A DNA stretch of 64,000 bases from an uncultured Candidatus Saccharibacteria bacterium (GCA_964401055.1 CAYNWW010000004.1:13390-77389), one strand, 5' to 3'. Positions 27,527 through 37,697 are shown, counted from the stretch's first letter. The notes: generated by a model not told the origin, from the letters alone. Numbers and translations: made by a program.

Positions 27527-28573
27527 CTACAGCAAGCTTGGATTTTGCATGCGCGCCATGGCGGTTTGGCGCTCAATCAAGCCGCGGCGGTACAAATCGC
27601 GCACCGAGGAGTCCATGGTTTGCATTCCTTCTTTGGCGCTGGTCTGCAAAAAGCTTCGAATCTGGGAGATTTTGTTTTCGCGGATCAGGTTGGCGACGGC
27701 CATGGTGTTGACGAGGATTTCGCGCGCGGCGATGCGGCCGCCGCCGATTTTTGGCAGCAAGGCTTGGGTAATAATTCCACGCAGTGACAATGACAATTGC
27801 AGCCGAATTTGGTTTTGCTGATCCGGCGGAAAAATATCAATAATGCGATCAATAGTTTGTGCGGCGTCGTAGGTGTGCAGCGTCGTCATAACGAGGTGAC
27901 CGGTTTCGGCGAGCGTTAGCGTAGCGGCCGTCGTTTCGAGATCGCGCATTTCGCCGACGAGAATCACGTTGGGGTCTTGGCGCAAGACGTGTTTGAGCGC
28001 GCCATCAAACGTGAGAAAATCCGATCCCAGTTCGCGCTGTTTGATAATGCTTTTATTGTGTCGGTACATAAATTCGACCGGGTCTTCGAGCGTGATGATG
28101 TGCGCGTTGCGTTCGGAATTGATGAGTTCAATCATGGCCGCAAGCGTGGTGGATTTACCGCTGCCGGCAGGCCCGGTGACAAGGATGAGCCCGTGATGCA
28201 TGCGCGCAAATCGGTACGCGATGCTCGGCATGTCGAGATCTTCCATGCGCGGAATGTCGGCAGTGATGATGCGCGCGACGAGTGCGAGCGTGTGGCGTTC
28301 CCACAACATGTTGATGCGGAAACGGCCGACGGATGGAATCTGATACGACAAGTCCAACTCGCGTTCGCGGTCGAGTTGTTTTTGTTGCTGTTCAGACAGA
28401 ATGCTACGGCACATGCTGTCGATATCTTTGGTGCTTAGCGGTGATTCGTACAACGGAATTACTGACAGGACGCCATCTCTGCGCATCATGGGTGGCTTGT
28501 CAAACATTAAATGCACGTCAGATGCGTGGAGACTGCTCGCTTTGGTAAAAATATCGTCGATGGAAAAGCGCAT
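27527..28573 (-). CDS. pilT: Type IV pilus retraction ATPase PilT
   Basis: Walker A GPAGSGKSTT and PilT-type motifs (ITLEDPVEF, HLVMTTLHT, GMQTMDSSV). Confidence 0.9.
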   Translation of the reverse strand: MRFSIDDIFTKASSLHASDVHLMFDKPPMMRRDGVLSVIPLYESPLSTKDIDSMCRSILSEQQQKQLDRERELDLSYQIPSVGRFRINMLWERHTLALVARIITADIPRMEDLDMPSIAYRFARMHHGLILVTGPAGSGKSTTLAAMIELINSERNAHIITLEDPVEFMYRHNKSIIKQRELGSDFLTFDGALKHVLRQDPNVILVGEMRDLETTAATLTLAETGHLVMTTLHTYDAAQTIDRIIDIFPPDQQNQIRLQLSLSLRGIITQALLPKIGGGRIAAREILVNTMAVANLIRENKISQIRSFLQTSAKEGMQTMDSSVRDLYRRGLIERQTAMARMQNPSLL

Positions 28574-28585
28574 GAGCGCGGGATT

Positions 28586-29926
28586 TTATTTTTCTAACGT
28601 ATGTGTTTCTTGGAGGAGCTGAGAGATTCTTTTGATAAATGTTTTGCTGAGATCGATGTCGAGATTGGAAAATTCGGCGCGTTTGGTGAAGCAGATCAGG
28701 ACGCCGCTCTCTTGGTGAATCGGGAAATACGAGATCGAGATGATGGGCTGAGTCAGGTGTTGGAGTTGGATTCCGCTTGATTCTTCTTTGGTGAGGTTGA
28801 CTACTTGAAAGGGGAGACCTCGGGATTGAGCAAGTGAGATATAGGCTGGAAGCTTGGCAAGACCGGGGTCGGATCGACGAATGAGTTTGTTTTTTCCGTG
28901 GAGGAGGAGATGTGTCTGCCCGCGAGCAGATGAGTCCTCAAGTCTGAAACAAGCGAATTCGCCACCCAAAATCATGGTGATTGCTTCAATGATTTGGTAC
29001 ACGCTATCGAGTGAACGGTCTTCGCGATCGGGCATAAGGTTTTCGATGTCGATCACGGATGCGAGCTGACGATTTACTTTGCCTACTTCAATATAGGAAG
29101 TATGAAGTTCGGCGACTTTTTCGTCAAGATTTTTTGCGTATTGATGGAGTTCGCGCTGAAGCGTGACTTCTTTGGTGACGTCGTCAATGACTTGAACCAC
29201 GCCGATTGTGTTGTTGCGGTCGTCTTTGAGCGGGCCGAGACGAATGTGAAAATATTGAATGCCTTTGCGAGTCGATGGGTAGAGTTGGTAGCGAAATGAG
29301 CGCGCCTTGCCGGTGGCGATGACATCGCGAAATCCGTCGCGCACGGCCTTGCTCGCGTTGGGCGCATAGTTTTTGTATAAAATGCGGCCAAGAATTTCTT
29401 CTTTGGGTCGGCCGGAGATGCGCTCGTGCGCCGCATTTATTTTTGTGATGATGCCCATGGTGTCGGTCACCAGAATTCCGGCTGGAGAGCTGTCGATGAT
29501 GCGATCGTTGTATTCTTGCAAATACTGGATCATAGTTTTGAGCTCGGTCAGCTCGGTGATGTCTTGCAGCGAGGCGATCGCGCCAATGATGTCTCCGCGT
29601 TTGTCACGAAGCGGACTGCAGCGGGCATCAAGAAAGCGCGTTTGAGAATTGTGACGAAAGGGTGTTTCTTCGAGAATAGTGGTGCGGCCTTGGGTGAGCG
29701 CGGTGCGGAGTGCTGCGAGGAGTGCGGGTGCTTTGACGTCGAGGCACTGCACGGCCAAGTCCTGGCGCGCAGCTGCATCTTCGATGCCGGTAATGGTCTT
29801 GTATGCCGGATTTGCCTCAATCACCTGCTCTTGTTTGGAAATCACAAGCACGCCCACGAGCAATTGATCCAAAATGCTCTTGTTTAAGCCAGCTAATGAC
29901 GAAAATGTCGTGGCCGGTTGCTTCAT
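28586..29926 (-). CDS. Cytoplasmic multi-PAS sensor protein with a C-terminal GAF-like domain and no output domain
   Basis: Three PAS-like cores (ILDQLLVGVLVISKQEQVIEANPAYKTITG; IIDSSPAGILVTDTMGIITKINAAHERISG; and others). Its first 110 nt overlap the 3' end of the upstream gene in another frame. Confidence 0.6.
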   Translation of the reverse strand: MKQPATTFSSLAGLNKSILDQLLVGVLVISKQEQVIEANPAYKTITGIEDAAARQDLAVQCLDVKAPALLAALRTALTQGRTTILEETPFRHNSQTRFLDARCSPLRDKRGDIIGAIASLQDITELTELKTMIQYLQEYNDRIIDSSPAGILVTDTMGIITKINAAHERISGRPKEEILGRILYKNYAPNASKAVRDGFRDVIATGKARSFRYQLYPSTRKGIQYFHIRLGPLKDDRNNTIGVVQVIDDVTKEVTLQRELHQYAKNLDEKVAELHTSYIEVGKVNRQLASVIDIENLMPDREDRSLDSVYQIIEAITMILGGEFACFRLEDSSARGQTHLLLHGKNKLIRRSDPGLAKLPAYISLAQSRGLPFQVVNLTKEESSGIQLQHLTQPIISISYFPIHQESGVLICFTKRAEFSNLDIDLSKTFIKRISQLLQETHTLEK

Positions 29927-32033
29927 TGCAAGGTGATTGAGGAGTGGTCAGTTGTTGTAGTATATCATGGATTTTGGAGAAAAGTAGGCTTGCGAGCTGC
30001 TTCAGCGCTTGCGGGTAATTGATGCCGGTTGCCACGAGTTTTTCCGGAGTTTGCTTGGTTGTTGCAGGTGCTGCTGCGGTAGTCGCTGTACCAAACGTGA
30101 GGTCGGTCGTGCGTTGCGGGTTGATAATGAATCCTGTGCTATCTTTGGTGAGAATGCCTGTAATACCGATGGGCGTGTGTACCGGGATAGTTTTTGGTGC
30201 GCTCGTGAGGAGGGATTTTTTGATGCGAATTTGTGGCGAGTCGCCATCTGGCTTTATCGTGATGTACGCCGAAGTTTGTTTGACGAATTCGCCCGTGATG
30301 CGGACGAGTGTGTCGAGGTGTGTGTCATCGAGTTGGGCGAATGTAAGGAGTGTTGCCTCGGGTGATGAAGTGCTGTGAGATACGACTTCTATTTTTGTTG
30401 CGGAAAGGGTGACGCCTGAAGCGGAGGGTGAAATTTTGCCGGTCACTTGGATGAGGTCACCGACTGCGAGTGGAGGAAAATCTTTTTTTGATGAAGAAAT
30501 TTTGATACCGGCCTGCGAGTCTTGGATAAAAAATGTGGTCTCGCTCAAAAATCCGGGAAGGGCGGTGACCACGCCGCGCACCGTAACTGTGGTATTTTTT
30601 TGCAGTGCGCGCGCGGCTGCAATGCGTGAGATCACGGTCGGCGCAGCGGCCGCGGGCGTGGATGATCCCGAAGGCGCCGCCGTCTGTGTCTGAGGCTGGG
30701 GCAAGGAAGGCCAATCACTCGTCACTTCTGCGAGTGGACGATTAATGATATTGCTGCTTCCTGGCGTCGGAGTCGTGCTCCAGGCCCACCCTTGCGAAGA
30801 AGCAGCGAATGATTCGCCTCCCTTGCCGCCGGTCCCAATGATGATACGCGAGACGGCCGTGTGATTTGGGTTTTGCAGTATAATTTCGTCGAGCTCGCCT
30901 GTGTTCAAGCCGAGCGTGGCGAGTTTGAAACTCAAGAATTTCCCGGCCGCGATTGTGCTGTGCGCGGGGAGTGTAACTTCTTTTCCCGCGTCTTGATTGC
31001 GCACGATCCAGCCGTCGAGGTCGACGTCACGCGTATCCGTGTTGGCGAATTCGATAAAGTTGGCCGCGGTTGACGGGCCGAGAAAATAGACTTCGTTGAT
31101 TGCCACGTGCGTGGAATACGCTGGCGGCGCATTAATCATGACTGTAATTTGCGCGTCTGTCGCGCCGCCGTTGGTGTCGGTTGCATGGACATGTGCAATG
31201 TACGTGCCGGCGGTCGCGTACGCGTGACTCACCAAAGCACCCTGCGCTTCGCTCGTCACTCCATCGTTTGCGTCAAAATCCCACGAAAAGCTCAGCGCAT
31301 CGCCATCCGGATCAGCGCTCGCGCTCGCGTCAAATTGCACCACTTCACCCACGATGCCTTGCGCATCCGGTTCGACGACGATCGCGGGCGGGTGATTGGT
31401 TTCCGGATTTGCTGCGCCCATGCTTGAGCTTGTTTTGAAAAAGTCCACACTGTCCACGCCGGTATTCTGGACGCTATGGCGCGCCATCACTTCGGTCGTG
31501 ACTGAAGACGCGTCGCCGGTCAGCGCGTTATCGCCGAGCGAGCCGTCATCATACGCGCCAAGCGTGACTTTGTTCATGAGTTTGCCGCCACCACCTTTCG
31601 CTCCATCATAGATTTCAACCAGGACGTCGTTGTTCATGCTGCCGACGGGATTGCCGAGCGTAAGATAGGCGCCCGGCACAAAGTGGGTGATGTCGCCCGC
31701 GGGCTGCTCATTTTTCACCAAATCAGCGGTGATGACCGCATCGTCCACGCCCGAATCTGTCATAATTAAATGCCAGCCGGTGAGGTCGATCACGTGTGTG
31801 GATGTGTTGGTGATTTCGATATATTCGTCAGATGAAGTTACGGCTCCGAGCGGAGTGGCCACGCCGGAAAAGTCGGTGGTGCTCCAATCTTGCTGCGGAT
31901 CGGTACAGATTTCGCTGATCAAGACGTCGCCCGCTACTGCAGGCGGTGCGGCGGCGTGGACTTCGTGAGTGGCGAGTGGCGAGAGGGCAAGAACGAGGCA
32001 GGCGACTGAAATTTTTTGTATGAGTGTGTGCAT
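29817..32033 (-). CDS. Secreted multi-domain protein: lamin-tail domain x2, PKD domain, OB-fold-like domain
   Basis: Signal peptide. LTD motifs (VLISEICTDPQ...EYIEITNTSTHVIDLTGWHL; VAINEVYFLG...FIEFANTDTRDVDLDGWIV). PKD motif (FSWDFDANDG...HAYATAGTYIAHV). OB-like segment (TVTVRGVVTALPGF...FFIQD). Confidence 0.6.
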   Translation of the reverse strand: MHTLIQKISVACLVLALSPLATHEVHAAAPPAVAGDVLISEICTDPQQDWSTTDFSGVATPLGAVTSSDEYIEITNTSTHVIDLTGWHLIMTDSGVDDAVITADLVKNEQPAGDITHFVPGAYLTLGNPVGSMNNDVLVEIYDGAKGGGGKLMNKVTLGAYDDGSLGDNALTGDASSVTTEVMARHSVQNTGVDSVDFFKTSSSMGAANPETNHPPAIVVEPDAQGIVGEVVQFDASASADPDGDALSFSWDFDANDGVTSEAQGALVSHAYATAGTYIAHVHATDTNGGATDAQITVMINAPPAYSTHVAINEVYFLGPSTAANFIEFANTDTRDVDLDGWIVRNQDAGKEVTLPAHSTIAAGKFLSFKLATLGLNTGELDEIILQNPNHTAVSRIIIGTGGKGGESFAASSQGWAWSTTPTPGSSNIINRPLAEVTSDWPSLPQPQTQTAAPSGSSTPAAAAPTVISRIAAARALQKNTTVTVRGVVTALPGFLSETTFFIQDSQAGIKISSSKKDFPPLAVGDLIQVTGKISPSASGVTLSATKIEVVSHSTSSPEATLLTFAQLDDTHLDTLVRITGEFVKQTSAYITIKPDGDSPQIRIKKSLLTSAPKTIPVHTPIGITGILTKDSTGFIINPQRTTDLTFGTATTAAAPATTKQTPEKLVATGINYPQALKQLASLLFSKIHDILQQLTTPQSPCNEATGHDIFVISWLKQEHFGSIARGRACDFQTRAGD

Positions 32034-32138
32034 GGGAGTGAAGTAAATGTATTACATTCACATCCTAGCAACCGCAGTTAAAATTTTTCTGAAAAAAAGA
32101 TTAAAAAAAGTTAAAATCCGTGCGCGCTTGGGGAAATA

Positions 32139-32636
32139 TTGTATACTGTGCATATGAATATACATTTCCGCCTCTGCGCCCCAGCCGATCGCCCAACAGT
32201 CTCAGAATTTATTTTGCAATTGTATCGTGAAGACCTCGACCCCACGTCGCAGCCGATGACACAAGCAAAAATAGAGCGCACGTTTGACTGGCTCGACGCG
32301 CACCCTGGCGCCGGCACCGTGATGGTGTTTGAGCAAGACGCCAAGCTCGTCGGCTACGCGATTCTGATCAACTTTTGGAGCAACGAATACAGTGGAAATG
32401 CGCTCACTATTGATGAGCTTTTTGTAGCGCCGGCATTTCGTAGTAAAGGAATCGCGACGGAATTTATTGAGTACTTGGCGCGCGAACACTACGCTGATGC
32501 GGTTGAGATTCAGCTCGAAGTTGCGCCGCGCAACACTCGCGCTCGCGCGCTGTATGAACGATTGGGATTTCGCTCCGAAGCTCAAGCTGGACAAGGCAGC
32601 GAAAATCAACGCATGATAAAAGAATTACTGGGCTGA
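32139..32636 (+). CDS. GNAT-family N-acetyltransferase (TTG start at 32139, or ATG at 32154)
   Basis: Acetyl-CoA-binding motifs (VGYAILINFW ... ELFVAPAFRSKGIATEFIEYL ... ALYERLGF). Confidence 0.75.
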   Translation: MYTVHMNIHFRLCAPADRPTVSEFILQLYREDLDPTSQPMTQAKIERTFDWLDAHPGAGTVMVFEQDAKLVGYAILINFWSNEYSGNALTIDELFVAPAFRSKGIATEFIEYLAREHYADAVEIQLEVAPRNTRARALYERLGFRSEAQAGQGSENQRMIKELLG

Positions 32637-32999
32637 TTACGCACCGAGCGTTTTTTTGACGTATTCTACGATATCTGTAATCAGGGTATCCGCCTTGATG
32701 AAATATCCTTTTGCGCCAAGCGCGAGTGCTCGATCTTGATCTTCTTTCTGGCCTAGGTTGGATAGCACGACAACAGGAATTTTATTGCCCTGTTCTTTGA
32801 GTTTTGTAAGCAGTTCAAAACCGTCCATATTGGGCATCATAAGATCAAGCAGGATCATGGATATTTTTTCTTTACCTAAAATTGCAAGGGCTTGTTGGCC
32901 ATCTTCTGCAATGCTTGCATTGAAGCCGTTGTGATCCAGCTTAAGCTTGAGTGCTCGGGATAGTGACTTTTCGTCCTCAACAATCAAAACATTGTGCAT
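32637..32999 (-). CDS. Single-domain response regulator (CheY-like REC only)
   Basis: LIVEDE...D, LLDLMMPNMDGFELL, and K in VVVLSNLGQKED. No output domain. Directly downstream of the histidine kinase. Confidence 0.85.
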   Translation of the reverse strand: MHNVLIVEDEKSLSRALKLKLDHNGFNASIAEDGQQALAILGKEKISMILLDLMMPNMDGFELLTKLKEQGNKIPVVVLSNLGQKEDQDRALALGAKGYFIKADTLITDIVEYVKKTLGA

Positions 33000-33007
33000 A
33001 TGGGTAA

Positions 33008-34588
33008 TTAATCTATTCGTTTTTTTCCTGCTCGCGCTATCATCCCTTCTAGAGGCATTGTAACATAAAATGTTGTGCCTGTACCCTCAACGGATTCAAA
33101 CCAAATGTCTCCTCCGGAGTGGTCGAGAATTGATTTTACGATATAAAGTCCTAGGCCCGTACCCTCAATATCAAGTGACTTTACGTTGTCTGCTCTGAAT
33201 AGTTTTGTAAAGATGTGGCCTTGCTGTGCCTGTGGGATTCCATAGCCGGTATCCTCAATAGAAAAGAGGAGAGCATCTTTCATAATTTGATGTCCGGCAA
33301 CTTTTGAGCCACGATGTTTTAGCTCGAGCGCAACAGCAATATGACCGTGGGCAGGTGTATATTTAACCGCATTTGAGATGAGGTTTTGAATGACGATGTA
33401 AGTTAGGTGTGGATCTGCGTTGATTTTGGGTAAATTGTTCTCAAGCACCTGTTGTAAGTTCAAATTTTTTGTTGATATTGTCTGATGCATTTCAGTGCTT
33501 GCTTGTGCTATCAGCTCGCTCAGAAAAATAGGCTCGGGCTCAATCAAAAAGGTGCCCAGTTCCAGACGAGAGACGTTGAGTAACGCCTTAACCAATCCTG
33601 CCATGCGCCTATTATTTGTGTAGATTTCGCGGACGTATTCTTTTTGCTCGTCGGTTATTGCGCCAGCGTCCCCATCAAGCAACATTTCGGCATTCCAGCC
33701 AACTGCCGCAATAGGCATGCGCAATTGATGTGAGGCAATGGAAACGAACTCTGTTTTTGCTCGATCCACATCTTTTTCGTGTGTAATATCTCGTTCGATG
33801 CCGACAAAATATTGAACCTCACCAGCGTCGTTTAGCACAGGCGAGACTGATGCTGAGCTAATGTATTCCCGCCCATTTTTTTTCTTATTTTTTAGTTCGC
33901 CCGAAAAAGATTTTTTATCATATTTGATCGTCTGCCAAAAGTTTTTGTAAAATTCTTTGTCCATGAGACCGCCCCAGAGGTCTGCAGAGCCGGCTTTTTT
34001 GCCGAGTATCTCGTCCGGTGAAAAACCCGTCATGCGCATAACGCCGGCATTTGCATACACAATAATTCCGTCAGGGTCGGTAATGACAACATGATCTGTG
34101 GTGCGCGCAACTGCAAGCTCGAATTTTTTTGCTTCAAGCGAGGCTTTTTTGAAATTTTCCTCTTCGGCTTCGATCTCTTTGACATGTTGTTCAACGCGCT
34201 CTTGAAGTTGGACGCGGTCAGTGACAAGAAAGCGAACTGAAATGTATCGCAAGGGTTTGCCGTGTTCGTCAAGCACGGGCGCGATTGTTGTATCAACCCA
34301 ATAAAATGTCCCGTCTTTCGCGCGATTTTTAAGCTCTCCTCGCCATACTTTTCCGGCAGATATGGTTTTCCAGAGATCATCAAATATGCGCTGATCTTGA
34401 TCGCCTGATTTCAAAATTCGATGATTTTGGCCGATCAACTCCTTGCGTGTATATTTTGAAATCTCAACAAATTTGTCGTTTACGTACTGAATATTCCCAT
34501 CAAGATCAGTCATGGAAATAATGGTTGATTCTTTGATGGCGTTAAAAATTGCACCAAGGTTTGTAAGCTCGAGAGGTAATTTTGTCAT
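33008..34588 (-). CDS. Cytoplasmic PAS-PAS sensor histidine kinase
   Basis: Two PAS cores. HisKA H-box FVSIASHQLRMPIAAV. HATPase_c G-boxes (DTGYGIP; GTGLGLYIVKSILDHSGGDIW). Confidence 0.85.
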   Translation of the reverse strand: MTKLPLELTNLGAIFNAIKESTIISMTDLDGNIQYVNDKFVEISKYTRKELIGQNHRILKSGDQDQRIFDDLWKTISAGKVWRGELKNRAKDGTFYWVDTTIAPVLDEHGKPLRYISVRFLVTDRVQLQERVEQHVKEIEAEEENFKKASLEAKKFELAVARTTDHVVITDPDGIIVYANAGVMRMTGFSPDEILGKKAGSADLWGGLMDKEFYKNFWQTIKYDKKSFSGELKNKKKNGREYISSASVSPVLNDAGEVQYFVGIERDITHEKDVDRAKTEFVSIASHQLRMPIAAVGWNAEMLLDGDAGAITDEQKEYVREIYTNNRRMAGLVKALLNVSRLELGTFLIEPEPIFLSELIAQASTEMHQTISTKNLNLQQVLENNLPKINADPHLTYIVIQNLISNAVKYTPAHGHIAVALELKHRGSKVAGHQIMKDALLFSIEDTGYGIPQAQQGHIFTKLFRADNVKSLDIEGTGLGLYIVKSILDHSGGDIWFESVEGTGTTFYVTMPLEGMIARAGKKRID

Positions 34589-35262
34589 GAACTGTACCCC
34601 GTAAATTGTTCTGTGAATAATTGCTCGCTCGTTACTCCGTTTTTTCTTAGATGTTCGCTGGTTGCAATAACCATGCCTTCAGGACCGGCAATATACCAGT
34701 TCGTATCATACATGTCGTCAGTCGGTACTGCGGTCACGTCATCCGGATCGTAGAAAAAATGTGCCATTCCGTCACATAACGCACGAATCTCTTCGTGATA
34801 CGCAGTTGATTCGCGATTTTTGTTGAAATAATACAGCGCGATGTTGCGAGTGCCGGCGATATGTTTTTCTTGCAAAAGCATGCTCATAAATGGCGTGATC
34901 CCAATTCCGCCGGCAATGCACGCGATTTTTTTATTTGGATCTTCGGGAAGAGTAAAAAATCCTTTTGGCAGAGCGACTTGGATAGTCGATCCGATCGGGA
35001 GTTTGGCGAGCTCTGTTTTGAATGGACTGTTTGACGTGCGATAAGCTGTCTTGACGATCGGCAGTTCAAAAGGCGCTGACGATATGGAAAAATCTCTCCA
35101 GCGCGCTCGCGGTTCAAGCTGTGCAAGCGTTGGGAGCGTGACGGTCATATATTGACCGGCGACAAACGCGACGTCTTTGCTTTGAAGCTGCAGCGCGATT
35201 TCTGTTGTATGTGTCGCAATTTCTTTTTTGGAAACGATGATTGCGTCAATAGAATCTATCAT
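34585..35262 (-). CDS. FAD/NAD(P)-binding oxidoreductase of the ferredoxin-NADP-reductase (FNR-like) family
   Basis: NAD-binding GGIGITPFMSMLL. FAD-binding-like N-terminal half. Its stop overlaps the histidine-kinase start by 4 nt. Start ambiguous (ATG 35262, or TTG 35337). Confidence 0.55.
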   Translation of the reverse strand: MIDSIDAIIVSKKEIATHTTEIALQLQSKDVAFVAGQYMTVTLPTLAQLEPRARWRDFSISSAPFELPIVKTAYRTSNSPFKTELAKLPIGSTIQVALPKGFFTLPEDPNKKIACIAGGIGITPFMSMLLQEKHIAGTRNIALYYFNKNRESTAYHEEIRALCDGMAHFFYDPDDVTAVPTDDMYDTNWYIAGPEGMVIATSEHLRKNGVTSEQLFTEQFTGYSS

Positions 35263-35354
35263 TATTGAATGATAACAAGAACGCGGCCGAAATAAAATGC
35301 CTTGTGCGTTTTGATGAAAAAGAGCGCTATTCCTCAAGGAATAGCGCTCTTGAA

Positions 35355-35897
35355 TTACTTTTTGTCGTGGCCTTCATGGATCCATGATTGTACGCGATTA
35401 AATTTCGCATACAGCAGGATAGCGCCGCCGACGGCTTCGACCCCGAGCATGGGTGAGCCGTACGCCAACACCGCATACCCTCCAATGCTCGCGGCAAGAA
35501 TTGTCACTGAGCCGAAGGGAACCACCATGTTGCCGATCCACCGAGCGGCCGATCCTTTGGGCGAAAACACGCCAAAAGTTTTTGCCATTGCGCCGATCGC
35601 GCCTCCTGCGACCAGCACCCAGACTGGGAGAAAACCCATCTGCCAGAGACCGATGACGATCCCCAGCGTGAGGAACAGGTCGGGGATTGGGTCAAGCAAG
35701 TCTTGACCCGCCTTTGATGCGACACCGAAGTGTCGCGCCAGCGGCCCATCAACCCAGTCCGTGACCAGCGCTGCTATGATGAGCCAAAAGCCCATCTGCC
35801 AGTCGCCGGCCACAGCGGCGAAATAAATCCCAAAGCCGAGCGGAACTCGGCTCAGAGACAGAGTCGTAACGGCTGCAAAAGCTAGTTTTTTGTTCAC
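35355..35897 (-). CDS. CDP-alcohol phosphatidyltransferase family protein
   Basis: DWVDGPLARHFGVASKAGQDLLDPIPD matches the D-G-x2-A-R...G...D-x3-D signature. Multi-TM. Confidence 0.8.
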   Translation of the reverse strand: MNKKLAFAAVTTLSLSRVPLGFGIYFAAVAGDWQMGFWLIIAALVTDWVDGPLARHFGVASKAGQDLLDPIPDLFLTLGIVIGLWQMGFLPVWVLVAGGAIGAMAKTFGVFSPKGSAARWIGNMVVPFGSVTILAASIGGYAVLAYGSPMLGVEAVGGAILLYAKFNRVQSWIHEGHDKK

Positions 35898-36013
35898 TGC
35901 GCACCTCCAATTCGGACTTTATATTATAGCATTTATATTTATAAAAGTCAAATTGACGCCCACTGCCGCGGCATGAGATAGTGCCAACACCCCAAACAAG
36001 GAGGAAATTCGTC

Positions 36014-36898
36014 ATGACGCGCCTGATTGCGGTCATTGAATGTGGCGGGACGTATGGATTTATCGGAAGCGGCGAATGTGCGGCGCTTCCACACCTGCGA
36101 GGTAAATTTGACGCTATTGTTGGCACATCATCCGGCATTTTGATTGGTCTGTGTGCAGAGTTTGGCTTGATGCGTGATGAGCTGCATTTCGCGGCAATAG
36201 CGCATGATTTGTTGGCACGTCGGCCGATTTCATTTAAAAATCTTGCACGCGGTCGGCCGATACTCTGCGTGGACGCTGCGCTCGAGTTGATTGAAGACCG
36301 GTGTGGGCGTTCGCTTCCGGAGATGATTCGACGCGAAGAAATATGTGATTTATATGTCACGGCGGTAAATATCACAATGGGTAAGACTGAATTATTCCGT
36401 CTGACGCCGGATAATGCGATTGACTTGATTCGCGCCACATGTGCGATTCCGGTTCCGTTTGTTGCCCGCAAGGTGCGGATCGGCGAGAATTTTTATGTTG
36501 ATGGCGGTACTGGGTACCAGATCAACATCGAGCTCGCGCTTTCTTCATTGCGACCGGATCGAGCGGTGCTTTTGCGTTGGATGCCCGAAGGAAGGAAACG
36601 CGACAGCCTCCCTCGATGGCTCGGCTGGCTGCTGTTTCCGCATCGCGCGCAATTGCGCAAGCTGTTGCAGGCGCAGATTCCGAATTACGCGCGCGAACTC
36701 GCGGTCATTCGCGAGGCTGGCGACGCGCTTTGCGTGATCGCTCCGAGTGCAGGTACCCGACTTCCGACGCCAATTCCACTTGAATGGCGCCACAAGCGTC
36801 TCGTCGAACTTTTCCGCATTGGCATGCGTGCCGGACTTGCGCATGCGCACGCCTGTACCTGGTGCGCCACGCCGGCAGCCGCTCCCACGCTCTCGTAA
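36014..36898 (+). CDS. Patatin-like phospholipase
   Basis: GxSxG nucleophile elbow (VGTSSGILIG) and catalytic DGG (YVDGGTGY). AAGGAGG SD 9 nt upstream of the ATG at 36014. Confidence 0.7.
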   Translation: MTRLIAVIECGGTYGFIGSGECAALPHLRGKFDAIVGTSSGILIGLCAEFGLMRDELHFAAIAHDLLARRPISFKNLARGRPILCVDAALELIEDRCGRSLPEMIRREEICDLYVTAVNITMGKTELFRLTPDNAIDLIRATCAIPVPFVARKVRIGENFYVDGGTGYQINIELALSSLRPDRAVLLRWMPEGRKRDSLPRWLGWLLFPHRAQLRKLLQAQIPNYARELAVIREAGDALCVIAPSAGTRLPTPIPLEWRHKRLVELFRIGMRAGLAHAHACTWCATPAAAPTLS

Positions 36899-36998
36899 GT
36901 GAGAGCGTTTTTCTTGGGCAACAAACGGCAAATTGTGCTTTACTTCCATGAAGTATTTCAGTATAGTTATGCTCACCACTCAAAGCCAGGAGGAGAAA

Positions 36999-37622
36999 AT
37001 GCGGAGAGTTTCTATCGTGGCAAGCAACCTTCAGGACGATTTGCGACAAGGCGACATGATGTGTTTGTACGCCACTCTCAAGCGGATTTTTTACGCCGTT
37101 GTTTCATTCGAAAGGCTCGAACTTACAGATCTGAATGATCGCCAGTATCTCCGCTTCTGTTACTGTGCTATACACGCGGTGATCAAAGATTCGTATCGGC
37201 AAGGCGACGAGTCAGATGATCTGGAATATGAATATAAGGGGCGGCTGGGTCATTTATACTACCCGTTATTCACACTCGAAGATGACGTTGCTCGAGGACT
37301 CATCGGTCTTCTGCGAACAGATTTGTTGCGCACAAGGCGATTTACTCTCGGCCTGTATAACCGATTACGTCAGGGCGATATTTTGTGCGTTGAAAAAACG
37401 GACGGACAGAACTTCGCCGGACTCGCGTCATTTGTGCAGCGGATAGGAGATGCACGCGCTATTGTGGACATCTTCGATATGGGTCAGGAAATCGAAGTGC
37501 CAGCGAGTTCGTTTGCGTTTCCGATTTTTAGAAAAACTGAAGCCGCTGTGAAAGTCATCGCAAGCCTCATGAATGTCGGACGCAACAAAAATGGTTGGAT
37601 GCGAAGCGTCGAAAATATTTAG
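36999..37622 (+). CDS. Hypothetical protein with three RQGD-containing internal repeats and an SH3/Tudor-like C-terminus
   Basis: GGAGG SD 5 nt upstream. Repeats LRQGDMMCLY / YRQGDESDDLEY / LRQGDILCVEK. Region looks lower in GC. Confidence 0.4.
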   Translation: MRRVSIVASNLQDDLRQGDMMCLYATLKRIFYAVVSFERLELTDLNDRQYLRFCYCAIHAVIKDSYRQGDESDDLEYEYKGRLGHLYYPLFTLEDDVARGLIGLLRTDLLRTRRFTLGLYNRLRQGDILCVEKTDGQNFAGLASFVQRIGDARAIVDIFDMGQEIEVPASSFAFPIFRKTEAAVKVIASLMNVGRNKNGWMRSVENI

Positions 37623-37628
37623 CCACAC

Positions 37629-37667
37629 AAGCAACTTTTGCTTCGCGCACAAGTTGCTTTTCTTTTT
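37629..37667 (+). terminator. Rho-independent terminator after the 36999 gene
   Basis: 9-bp stem AAGCAACTT / AAGTTGCTT with a 13-nt loop, followed by TTTTCTTTTT. Confidence 0.55.
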
Positions 37668-37697
37668 GGAAAATAAAAAAAGCCCTCGATGAGAAGG

